A stretch of DNA of 64,000 nt, from assembly GCA_001769125.1 (NCBI GenBank), contig MEOG01000093.1, forward strand, positions 1,726 through 65,725, written 5' to 3'. Positions 38,636-46,930 of the stretch are shown one piece after another (the first letter of the stretch is position 1; each line of letters begins with the position of its first letter). The translations under genes were made by a program, and so were the position numbers. The notes below the pieces were generated by a model. The model searched no databases, was not told the DNA's origin, and saw only the letters and a program-made list of their open reading frames with translations. This stretch comes from Bacteroidetes bacterium GWF2_35_48 (lineage in GTDB: Bacteria; Bacteroidota; Bacteroidia; Bacteroidales; GWF2-35-48).

Positions 38636-38805
38636 TAGGAATACAGTAGGAATTCGATAGGAATTCGATAGGAATTCGATAGGAATTCGATAGGAATACA
38701 ATAGGAATACAATAGGAGTACAGTAGAAATACAATTGTACATCTACTGAACATCTATTGTTGTACTATTGAACACCTATCAAATCAACAATTGTATATCT
38801 ACTGA
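38636..38805. repeat. 11-bp tandem array that inverts polarity at 38734/38735
   Basis: Nine TAG-N5-CRR units (4 exact TAGGAATTCGA) at 38636-38734, then TTG/CTG-N5-CTA units (ttgtacatcta, ctgaacatcta, ttgttgtacta, ttgaacaccta). Confidence 0.88.
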
Positions 38806-38907
38806 ATAGTATCGTAGCACAAAAGAATTTTTTATGAATGATGATTTTTGAATTCGCAATTAATAAAGAAATCGTATAATTGCAATTATCTCGTTAAAAT
38901 TTCGCCC

Positions 38908-40374
38908 ATGTTTTTTCTTTCTTTTAGAAATATTTTTCCTGCCTTTTTTTTTGTTTTATTTTCTTTTTTTTCAATAAATGTATTTGCTAGTGCAAAGGAT
39001 ACGACAGAGATAATCATTATTCATGTTAATGATCTGCATGGGAAAATAGACTCTTTTGAAAAATTTATCCCTTATGTTAAAAAATTAAAACAGCAACATC
39101 CTAATGTTATAATAGTTTCTGCCGGCGATTTATTTAGCGGCAATCCTGTAGTAGATCAATATCCCGACAAGGGTTATCCGATGATAGAACTTATGAACAA
39201 AGCTGGATTTCAATTATCTGCTTTAGGGAATCATGAGTTTGACTATGGATTGGATGTGCTTGAAAAACGTATGGAGCAGGCAAAATTTATTTTTATCAGC
39301 GCAAATACCAAAGCCCCGGAAAATAGTTTAAAATATTTATTCTCTGATAAAATAATACGTATAGAAAATGGCCCTTCCCTTGTATTTATTGGGGTCATTC
39401 AACTGAACGAAAATAAAACTCCGGATGCTCACCCGGATAAACTTAAGGGGTTTTTCTTTACCGATCCTGTTATTGAGATTAAAAAAAGAATGCCCAAAGG
39501 AAAAAATAATGCAGTTTTTATTGCGCTGTCTCATCTGGGTATTGAAACCGATTCCATTTTAGCTCTTGAAATTCCACAGCTTGATATTATAATTGGAGGG
39601 CACACGCACACGTTTCGCGATAATCCATCCAACATACCCGGAAAACCATACATTGTGCAGGCTGGAGCAAATTTCAAGCATTTTGGGCAGCTTACATTAA
39701 AGTATTTTAATAATCAAATTGTGTACAGGAAAGACACACTGATCGCGCTGCAAAATCTTACTGAAACAGATTCATTGATTCATTTGGAAATAAAAAAATA
39801 CAACAACAATCCTGCTCTGAATGAAAAAACAGGAATTGCTGAAACTGATTTCCCGGATAAGAATGCTCTTGGAAATTTAATGACAGATGCAGTTATAGCT
39901 GCCACAGAAGCAGATATTGCTTTTCAAAATAACGGCGGAATACGTATACGAAAACTTGAGAAAGGAGATATCCTTATAAAAAATATTTATCAAATGGATC
40001 CCTTTGATAATAATCTCGTTTTAATGAACCTGAGCACAGAAGAAATTAATAATCTCATTTTATATTCGTTTGAAAAGAAAGATGAATTGCCTCTGGTATC
40101 CGGCCTCTTTTACGCAATAGATACAAGCAAATCAAATTTAAAAATAAGTTTGACAAATTCAGATGGAAAACCTTTGGATTCAGGAAAAAAATACAAAGTT
40201 GCAATGAACAGTTATATGGCGAACATGTATAATTTTCGGCATGCAGACAAGGGACAGCCATTACCTATTACTACAGCAGAAGCATTAATCCGCTACATCA
40301 AAAAGAAACAAAAAATTTCCGCTAATCTTGTTCTAAGAGGGGTTTTGATGAATTCGGATGCAAAGCGGGATTAG
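38908..40374 (+). CDS. Bifunctional UDP-sugar hydrolase / 5'-nucleotidase
   Basis: HVNDLHG, SAGDLFSG, LGNHEFDYG, LSHLG, GGHTH, FQNNGGIR; start set at 38908 (ORF start 38848). Confidence 0.9.
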   Translation: MFFLSFRNIFPAFFFVLFSFFSINVFASAKDTTEIIIIHVNDLHGKIDSFEKFIPYVKKLKQQHPNVIIVSAGDLFSGNPVVDQYPDKGYPMIELMNKAGFQLSALGNHEFDYGLDVLEKRMEQAKFIFISANTKAPENSLKYLFSDKIIRIENGPSLVFIGVIQLNENKTPDAHPDKLKGFFFTDPVIEIKKRMPKGKNNAVFIALSHLGIETDSILALEIPQLDIIIGGHTHTFRDNPSNIPGKPYIVQAGANFKHFGQLTLKYFNNQIVYRKDTLIALQNLTETDSLIHLEIKKYNNNPALNEKTGIAETDFPDKNALGNLMTDAVIAATEADIAFQNNGGIRIRKLEKGDILIKNIYQMDPFDNNLVLMNLSTEEINNLILYSFEKKDELPLVSGLFYAIDTSKSNLKISLTNSDGKPLDSGKKYKVAMNSYMANMYNFRHADKGQPLPITTAEALIRYIKKKQKISANLVLRGVLMNSDAKRD

Positions 40375-40380
40375 TAATTC

Positions 40381-41223
40381 TTATTCTACAACCTGCGCAG
40401 ATTTTTTCCTCACTACTCTTTTGCTTATATGAATACTTATTTCATAAAGAATATACAAAGGCATAGCGACAAGAATCTGACTGAACATATCTGTTGAAGG
40501 GGTAATGAAGCCTGCTAATATAAGAATTACAACAACAGCATGTTTTCGATATTTTCTTAAAAAAACGGGTGTTAGTATGCCGATGCGTGAGAGAAAATAA
40601 ATAAGAACCGGAAGCTCAAAAACCAAACCCATGGACAAAGACAATACCGCGACAATTGAAATATAAGACCCGATTGTAATTGTATTTTCTATTTGTGCAC
40701 TCAGTTCATACGTTGCCAGAAAATTTACTGTCAGCGGGACAATGATAAAATATCCAAAAAGTACTCCAGTGAAAAATAATGATGAAATATAAAAAACCAT
40801 ACCTTTTGCATAGCCGAGCTCTTTATCTGTTAATGCAGGTTTCACAAAAAGCCATAGCTGGTAAAAAATATAAGGAGCTGCTAAAATAATACCTGAAATT
40901 ATTGAAATAACAAGATGATAACGGAACTGTCCTGCAAGGTCTATATTAATAAGTTTGAAAGGAAGAACATCTATACAAAGGGATTTAAAATCTGTTAAAG
41001 CAGCAATTTTACATAAAACCTTGTATGTTATAAAATCAGGAGTTTTTGGTCCTAAAATAATTATGTCAAAGACAATATTTTTGAAGAAAAAAGCAAGAAT
41101 GGAAAAAAGAAAAATCGCAAGGATGGCACGTATTAAATAAGAACGCAGAACATCAACGTGTTCAAGAAACGTCATGTCCTGCGTCTTACGCGAAAATTTT
41201 CTGAAAAGAAAATCAAAAATCAT
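40381..41223 (-). CDS. tatC: Twin-arginine translocase subunit TatC
   Basis: MTFLEHVDVLR, YQLWLFVKPAL, GVLFGYF, GLVFELP, YRKHAVV, ITPSTD, LYEISI. Confidence 0.95.
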   Translation of the reverse strand: MIFDFLFRKFSRKTQDMTFLEHVDVLRSYLIRAILAIFLFSILAFFFKNIVFDIIILGPKTPDFITYKVLCKIAALTDFKSLCIDVLPFKLINIDLAGQFRYHLVISIISGIILAAPYIFYQLWLFVKPALTDKELGYAKGMVFYISSLFFTGVLFGYFIIVPLTVNFLATYELSAQIENTITIGSYISIVAVLSLSMGLVFELPVLIYFLSRIGILTPVFLRKYRKHAVVVILILAGFITPSTDMFSQILVAMPLYILYEISIHISKRVVRKKSAQVVE

Positions 41224-41249
41224 TAGTCAGAAGAATAACCCGGAAACGG

Positions 41250-41465
41250 TTATTTTTTCTCGCTTTTTGCATTATTCTCTTTGGTAATATCTTCAACCTC
41301 ATCGTAAACTCCGTCTTTGGCTTTTTTAAACTCGTTGACGCCTTTGCCAAGTCCGCGCATTAACTGAGGGATTTTTGTGCCACCAAATAATACCAAAACA
41401 ATAATAAGAACAAGAATCAATTCCTGTCCCCCGAATATTCCTAAAATTACATTTAAACCAGACAT
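41250..41465 (-). CDS. tatA: Twin-arginine translocase TatA/E
   Basis: GGQELILVLIIVLVLFGGTKIPQLMRGLGKGVNEFK. Confidence 0.95.
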   Translation of the reverse strand: MSGLNVILGIFGGQELILVLIIVLVLFGGTKIPQLMRGLGKGVNEFKKAKDGVYDEVEDITKENNAKSEKK

Positions 41466-41474
41466 AAAATTTCA

Positions 41475-41858
41475 TTAACGTTTATAACTTTTTTCTTTAA
41501 AATCAGTACTAACAGGTCTATTGTCAATATCTTTATTTTTCACAGAAGTGCCCGTTGTACTTTTTTCATATTTTCTGGGTTCTTGTTTTTTAATAATTTC
41601 GTTCGTATGATTACCTTTTGCAGGTACATCTCTTTTTATTACATATTCTTTCTTTTTGTTGTCCGGATTACAAACGCCACATTCATGGTAGCCCTTTTCT
41701 ATTGCTTTTGAAACAGACAATATTTCATAGGGCTTTTTACAAAATCTGCACTTTTCGCTGTAGTGGTATGTTTTTGTTGACAAAACACAATAAACATTTT
41801 GGGAATGTAAAGTTCCCAAAATGCAAAAAAATGCTACTAAGAAAATGACAAGTTTCAT
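41475..41858 (-). CDS. Exported small protein with an Ada-like Zn-binding motif
   Basis: Signal peptide; VY....TKTYH....C..C......A...GY..C..C. Confidence 0.6.
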   Translation of the reverse strand: MKLVIFLVAFFCILGTLHSQNVYCVLSTKTYHYSEKCRFCKKPYEILSVSKAIEKGYHECGVCNPDNKKKEYVIKRDVPAKGNHTNEIIKKQEPRKYEKSTTGTSVKNKDIDNRPVSTDFKEKSYKR

Positions 41859-41864
41859 AAGCTA

Positions 41865-42275
41865 TTAGTCAATAAAGAAAAAGAAAAAAGCAGCGGCTGC
41901 ATATTCTTTCTTTACTCCCTGTGCGCTTCCTATGATAGAACCATTTTTACGAACATCGCCGTTGGATTCGATTTTTCCAACAATAGAGCCATTCTTACGA
42001 ACATCGCCGTTGGATTCAATTTTTCCAACAATAGAACCACTTTTGCGAATATCGCCGTTTGATTCGATTTTTCCAACAATACTGCCGCTTTTGCGAACAT
42101 CACCGTTGGATTCAAATTTTCCGACAATACTTCCATTAATTCTTACATCGCCATTGGATTCAACTTTTCCGACAATGCTGCCGTTTTTACGCAAATCCTG
42201 TGCTGTTGCCTGATTGGTATTTAAAACCATAACAGCAAATAAAAAAACAAATGATAAAAAAAGTCCTTTTTTCAT
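41865..42275 (-). CDS. Exported 16-aa repeat protein (beta-flower-like)
   Basis: Signal peptide MKKGLFL..ATAQ; D(V/I)RKNGSIVGKIESNG x5.5; hydrophobic tail YAAAAFFFFFID. Confidence 0.75.
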   Translation of the reverse strand: MKKGLFLSFVFLFAVMVLNTNQATAQDLRKNGSIVGKVESNGDVRINGSIVGKFESNGDVRKSGSIVGKIESNGDIRKSGSIVGKIESNGDVRKNGSIVGKIESNGDVRKNGSIIGSAQGVKKEYAAAAFFFFFID

Positions 42276-42444
42276 AATATTTAGTATTAATTTAATTTTT
42301 GGCAATTTACAAAAAAAATCAAAACGGCTGACAATGAGCGATAACTTTTTCAAAAGACTATATTAAAAATCATAAAAAATTTGGTTTCAGGTAAAAATCA
42401 GAAGCTTGTTTTAACCTGTATTATTCATGACCTTTAATAAAAGT

Positions 42445-42486
42445 GTTGCAGGTTGCAGGTTGCAGGTTGCAGGTTGCAGGTTGCAG
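42445..42486 (+). repeat. (GTTGCAG) x6 perfect heptamer array; inverted CTGCAAC units at 42915-42935
   Basis: Direct reading of the sequence. Confidence 0.95.
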
Positions 42487-42501
42487 GTTACCTGTCGGCA
42501 G

Positions 42502-42855
42502 CTACCGTGTGGACACATCTTTGAGAAGAGAAAAAGTTTATTAAAAACTCCTGTCTTCTCGTACAATACAATGCTGTGATTTTGTCACAAAATTTGCAAG
42601 CATTATTTTGTACAAAATAAACTCTGTGATGTAGCAAATTTTCCGCCAAAATCTTTAATTTACATTTGTTTTAGAACCCCCGAGCTTTAGCTCGGGGTTA
42701 TTCACCTGCCAGCCGATTCACTTGCTCAATTAGGCAAGGCAAGCAGGTAAATCCCCCAAGCGGGATAAGCTCTAAAGGGTCATATTAAACGCATTTTTAT
42801 CCGCTAAGGCGGATGCGAGCGTATTATAATAAAACGATTTGTGTCCACACGGTAG
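42502..42855. mobile_element. 354-bp MITE with 16-bp perfect TIRs and a 10-bp target-site duplication
   Basis: TIRs CTACCGTGTGGACACA (42502-42517) / TGTGTCCACACGGTAG (42840-42855); direct repeat CTGTCGGCAG at 42492-42501 and 42856-42865; no ORF of 60 aa or more inside. Confidence 0.88.
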
Positions 42856-42979
42856 CTGTCGGCAGACAGGGCTGCAAGTAACGTGTTGAAATATCAAATA
42901 TCATTGCAAACAACCTGCAACTTGCATCCTGCAACAAAGGGTAGAAATTTATGAATTGAATAAGTTAAATATTTGTTTG

Positions 42980-44251
42980 CTACATTGCCTTCATTCTTCC
43001 CCATAATTTTTTACTTTGTTCCTGAGAAAAACGCAGAATATCTTTTTCATCCACAGATTGAAGCTGCCAGTCTTTTACAATAAGTTTTCCTGAAGATATC
43101 ACATGCCTCACATGACGGTTTTCGAGACCAAAAATGAAATGTCCTAAAAAATTATTCTGATTGAAATCAGTCGGAGAATCATAATCCAGCACTACAAGAT
43201 TGTTTTCAGCATCTCCGGAGAAATTATTTTCTTTAATATAACGGTGTACATTCCTGAAGCGTTTGTATGCTCCCGGGTAATCTATTGCATCAAATCCCTG
43301 ACCTACATAAAAAGCAGTTTTCGCACTACGCAGCATATCGCTATACATTCCGTCGGTTCCAAGCATAATATTTTCTCCCAAACCGCACGAATTAAAATAT
43401 CCCACATTATTGTTCAGGTTGCTTTCACAGTTCTGTACGACCCAAACCGGAGAAATTCGTATCAGTTCTTTTTCTATATCATCAAGGTGAAGGCAATGAC
43501 CCAAAATTGTTTTACCGGAATTCAACGCACCTGCTTTTGAAAGCCGCTCAACAACAGTCATTCCATATTCTTTTTTGCAATGCTCTTCGTCTGATTTGTC
43601 CTCTGCAACATGAATATGAATCCCTGAATTGTATTTTTGTGATAATTTAACAGCCTTATTCAGAGTATTTTCTCCAACAGTAAAGCTTGCATGCAAACCC
43701 ACAAGTGCCTGTTTTTTCTTCATGTATTCTTCTGTTTCTTCATGTCCTGATGTCGCTTTGTCTAATCCATCGCGGTCTGTAATTTCGTAACATAATAAAT
43801 GCGATACACCTACTTTTTCAAAAGCTTGTGCAATAATTTCAAGAGAACCTTTTATATAATTTGGAGATGCATGATGATCAATAACAAAGGTAACTCCATT
43901 TTTCGCGCAAGCCATAGCGGTTACTAATGCAGAGGCTTCTATTGATTCTTTGTCCAAGCATTTGTCGAGTGTCCACCAAATATATTCCAGAATTTCAATA
44001 AAATTTCCCGGAGATTTTTTCGGAGCGCCCATGCCACGTGCCAGAGCAGAATAAACATGATGATGGCCGCATGCAAAAGAATGTGTTACATATTTACCTG
44101 AACAGTCAATTACATTATCCCCAGCATCGGGTTGCGCATTTTTAAGAAAAGTTATTGTTCCATTTATCCCTTCAGAAACACGAATATCTGTTTTAGAAAA
44201 TTCCAGTGTTTCAGCATTGATGTAATTTGTATTTTTTAATAATATTGACAT
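42980..44251 (-). CDS. ssnA: Amidohydrolase, SsnA-like putative aminohydrolase
   Basis: CGHHHVYSALARGM, WWTLDKCLD, VIDHHASP, LCYEITDR, GLHASFT, HIHVAE, LGHCLH, NNNVG, LGTDG. Confidence 0.75.
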   Translation of the reverse strand: MSILLKNTNYINAETLEFSKTDIRVSEGINGTITFLKNAQPDAGDNVIDCSGKYVTHSFACGHHHVYSALARGMGAPKKSPGNFIEILEYIWWTLDKCLDKESIEASALVTAMACAKNGVTFVIDHHASPNYIKGSLEIIAQAFEKVGVSHLLCYEITDRDGLDKATSGHEETEEYMKKKQALVGLHASFTVGENTLNKAVKLSQKYNSGIHIHVAEDKSDEEHCKKEYGMTVVERLSKAGALNSGKTILGHCLHLDDIEKELIRISPVWVVQNCESNLNNNVGYFNSCGLGENIMLGTDGMYSDMLRSAKTAFYVGQGFDAIDYPGAYKRFRNVHRYIKENNFSGDAENNLVVLDYDSPTDFNQNNFLGHFIFGLENRHVRHVISSGKLIVKDWQLQSVDEKDILRFSQEQSKKLWGRMKAM

Positions 44252-44256
44252 ATTGG

Positions 44257-44389
44257 TTTTGGGTTTTGGGTTTTAGGTTTTGGGTTTTAGGTTTTGGGTT
44301 TTAGGTTTTAGGTTTTAGGTTTTAGGTTTTAGGTTTTAGGTTTTAGGTTTTAGGTTTTAGGTTTTAGGTTTTAGGTTTTAGGTTTTAGG
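44257..44389 (+). repeat. Telomere-like heptamer array (TTTTRGG) x19
   Basis: 4 TTTTGGG and 15 TTTTAGG units, with 13 consecutive TTTTAGG at 44299-44389. Confidence 0.97.
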
Positions 44390-44395
44390 TTTTGA

Positions 44396-44481
44396 AATGT
44401 GGAATGTGGAATGTGGAATGTGGAATGTGGATACGTTGCATGCAACGTATTTACATGCCAAGTACATGCCAAGTACATACC
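44396..44481 (+). repeat. (AATGTGG) x5, perfect 20-bp palindrome ATACGTTGCATGCAACGTAT (44431-44450), then TACATGCCAAG x2
   Basis: Direct reading; this is the empty form of the element at 30762-30843. Confidence 0.92.
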
Positions 44482-44483
44482 TA

Positions 44484-44936
44484 TTAATTCGGATATTTTC
44501 CGGCAATTTTTTTAAAAAACCTATGAAAGCGGTGTGGAAAAGCAAGCGGTTCAAGGTACATAAAAATACATTCACCGGTAATAAGGCAAATATTTGCCCT
44601 TACCGCTGTATCAACAGCCTTTTCAGATTCGCATCCAGTTTGAATCCATAGATGTTTTATCTTTTTCAATGCCAGTTCTTCCACTATTTTAACGGTTAAT
44701 TCTTTATTAACAATTATAACAGCACCTTCAACTTCTGTGGGCAAAGATTGAACATTTGCACAACATTTTTCATCAAGTATGAAATCGGCATTTGGGTTAA
44801 CCGGATAAATTGTTTTCCCGCATAACTTTAGCTGCTTACAAGCTAAATGACCAAATTTCCTAGACTTTCTTGATGCTCCGATAACAGCAATATGCTGAAT
44901 GTCTAAAAAATCTTTTATTGCAGTTAAGGATACCAT
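44484..44936 (-). CDS. CoA-binding domain protein
   Basis: IAVIGASR...KFG, IYPVNP and LWIQTG motifs. Confidence 0.88.
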   Translation of the reverse strand: MVSLTAIKDFLDIQHIAVIGASRKSRKFGHLACKQLKLCGKTIYPVNPNADFILDEKCCANVQSLPTEVEGAVIIVNKELTVKIVEELALKKIKHLWIQTGCESEKAVDTAVRANICLITGECIFMYLEPLAFPHRFHRFFKKIAGKYPN

Positions 44937-44939
44937 ATT

Positions 44940-46580
44940 TTATTTTATTATCATTTCAAGAATAGGTTCTCCCGTGCTTGCATTGGGAAAAGACATATTT
45001 AAAAAAGCAGCGATTGTTGGTGCTATATCTGTGATATTGACAGGTCGGGAAATGGAATTTCTTCCGATTTTCCATCCATAAAAAATCAAGGGAACATGTG
45101 TGTCGTAGCTGTAACCGGAGTTATGCGTTGTAGCCGTACTGATATCTTCAACCCAACCGGAAGTAAGATTAATCAGAACATCGCCAGAACGTTTTTGCTG
45201 GAAACTGTTTTGCATTTTCTCGAAAATACCTTTTGTAAAATGTGTAGTCTGCAAAGTTGTTGATGTAATCGTATTGGAAACACCATTAAACTGAAGCAAA
45301 AACTGAGCTGTTTTATTCTGAATATCTTCAAGAGAAATTTTTGCATCTTCAATCATGTTATGATTCAGAAATATCTGCTGCTCTACATATCCCTGCACCC
45401 ATTCACCTTTTCCATAAACAGCATTCAGATACGTTTTAAGTAAAGTCAATGCATAAAAATTTTTAAAATAACCCGATGCAACTTTCAAGCTGTCTAAGTA
45501 TCTTGGTATTTCAGCCACACCGCAATTCGATGTTACAAAAATCAATGTATTTTCTTTTCCGATGAGATCGTCAACTACCTCCAAAAAATGCGCTATATCT
45601 TTATCAAGGCGTAAGTAACAATCCTGAATTTCCACAGAGGAAGGGCCAAACTGAAGACCAATATTATCCGGAACAGAATAGCTGATCGCAATTAAATCCG
45701 TATGTTCATCTTTTCCCATTTCTTCATTTACAATTGCATGAACAGCAAAATCAGTTGTAAGCGTATTTCCGGCAGGAACATTTTTAATAATGTTCAGGGT
45801 TTTCATTTTTTCTTTTATTGCTTTTATATCATAAGGGAATGTTGTACCATTTCTTTCAAAGCCAATTTCAAAACTGTTTTTATCGGTCAGAGATTCCTTG
45901 TATTCAGAAATAGGAAGGAGTGTATTCCACTCTCTGTCTGAAAATGTTTTAGAAAAATCTTTATCATTAAATTCTTTTACCCATTTAGGCAATTCATCCA
46001 TATAATAGGTATTACTTACCCATTGTCCGCTTTTGCCTTCGATCCAGTAAGCTGCATTTGCAGAATGCCCTGCGCCGAGGATTGCAGAACGCTCTTCAAG
46101 AGAAACACCAATAACTTTAGATTTTCCGGTAGAAAAAAGTTTAATTTCATCTCCAAGTGTAGAAGCAAGGAGTTGTTTCGGAGATTTTTTCCCTTCATCA
46201 GATTTAATGCCAACCATTTTGTATGCAGGGTCGTCTACACAATTTACTTTTTCATTTTTCAAACGCAGGTACCATTCATTGGAAACAATTCCATGAAAAG
46301 AAGGAGTTGTTCCCGTGTAAATACTGGCTATTCCAGGTGCGTTTTGAGTAAACATATAATTAATGTTTGCATTTTTAAAAGAAGTTCCTTCATACATTAA
46401 ACGTTTGAATCCTTTTTCTTCAAACTTATCCCAAAATCGGTAAATATAATCGTAGCGCATGCCTTCAATAACAATTCCAATTACAAGTTTTGGTTTTTCA
46501 GGAGGAATTTTTTTATTCTGAGCTGTTGAAGCAGACATAATCGCAATAGAAAAAATTAAAAGAAAGAAGAAAAATTTCAT
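44940..46580 (-). CDS. Alkaline phosphatase superfamily protein, PafA-like, with a degenerate active site
   Basis: PKLVIGIVIEGMRYDY, GFKRLM, SIYTGTTPSFHGIVSNEW, YLRLDKDIA, GDV, HNSGYSYDTHVPLIFYG. Confidence 0.85.
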   Translation of the reverse strand: MKFFFFLLIFSIAIMSASTAQNKKIPPEKPKLVIGIVIEGMRYDYIYRFWDKFEEKGFKRLMYEGTSFKNANINYMFTQNAPGIASIYTGTTPSFHGIVSNEWYLRLKNEKVNCVDDPAYKMVGIKSDEGKKSPKQLLASTLGDEIKLFSTGKSKVIGVSLEERSAILGAGHSANAAYWIEGKSGQWVSNTYYMDELPKWVKEFNDKDFSKTFSDREWNTLLPISEYKESLTDKNSFEIGFERNGTTFPYDIKAIKEKMKTLNIIKNVPAGNTLTTDFAVHAIVNEEMGKDEHTDLIAISYSVPDNIGLQFGPSSVEIQDCYLRLDKDIAHFLEVVDDLIGKENTLIFVTSNCGVAEIPRYLDSLKVASGYFKNFYALTLLKTYLNAVYGKGEWVQGYVEQQIFLNHNMIEDAKISLEDIQNKTAQFLLQFNGVSNTITSTTLQTTHFTKGIFEKMQNSFQQKRSGDVLINLTSGWVEDISTATTHNSGYSYDTHVPLIFYGWKIGRNSISRPVNITDIAPTIAAFLNMSFPNASTGEPILEMIIK

Positions 46581-46700
46581 ATTTGTATATATTATTGTAA
46601 GCTGTAAAGATAAAACAAATAGCCATATTTTTAAAAGTAGAAAATGGGATTTTCAAAAAATAATGAACAGGCTTTTCAACAAAATATTATTCATTTTTTC

Positions 46701-46869
46701 TTAATCCTTAATCCTACTACTAAATCCTTAATCCCTTCTAATCTCACGAAACCGCAAACCTGTGAGGAGCTTCCACACTATCTTACGCACAAAACCTCAC
46801 AGGATTGCTGAATCCTTAATTCTACTTCTTAACCTGCCAGACTGCGTCAAGCAGGCAAGTCCTTAATCC
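46701..46869 (-). repeat. (GGATTAA)/(GGAGTA)-type array on the minus strand, carrying a CCTGTGAGG/CCTCACAGG IR (46759-46803) and a 27-bp REP (46833-46859)
   Basis: TTAATCC units at 46701, 46708, 46728 and 46863, with variants in between. Confidence 0.8.
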
Positions 46870-46930
46870 ATTTTTTATAATTTGATAAGTCGGAAATACA
46901 TACTACTTTTGAAGCTACATTTAATAATTT

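Noticed and set aside
38549-38734. 61-aa ORF on the minus strand
   Set aside because: It is a translation of the 11-bp array and overlaps the phosphatase 3' end antisense.
38636-38805. CRISPR array
   Set aside because: The units are 11 bp and contiguous, with no 25-45-bp unique spacers and no cas genes in the window.
41930-42213. Repetitive ORFs in other frames of the beta-flower-like gene
   Set aside because: Shadows of the 48-bp repeat; they have no signal peptide or operon fit.
41475-42275. Tat substrates encoded in the tat operon
   Set aside because: Neither signal peptide contains a twin-arginine motif.
44257-44389. Eukaryotic telomere contamination or chimera
   Set aside because: The tract is flanked by bacterial genes on both sides and adjoins a palindrome family found at three other places in the window; still worth a read-level check.
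44378-44651. ORFs 44378-44575 (-) and 44397-44651 (+)
   Set aside because: Low-complexity products of the AATGTGG array, overlapping the CoA-binding gene.
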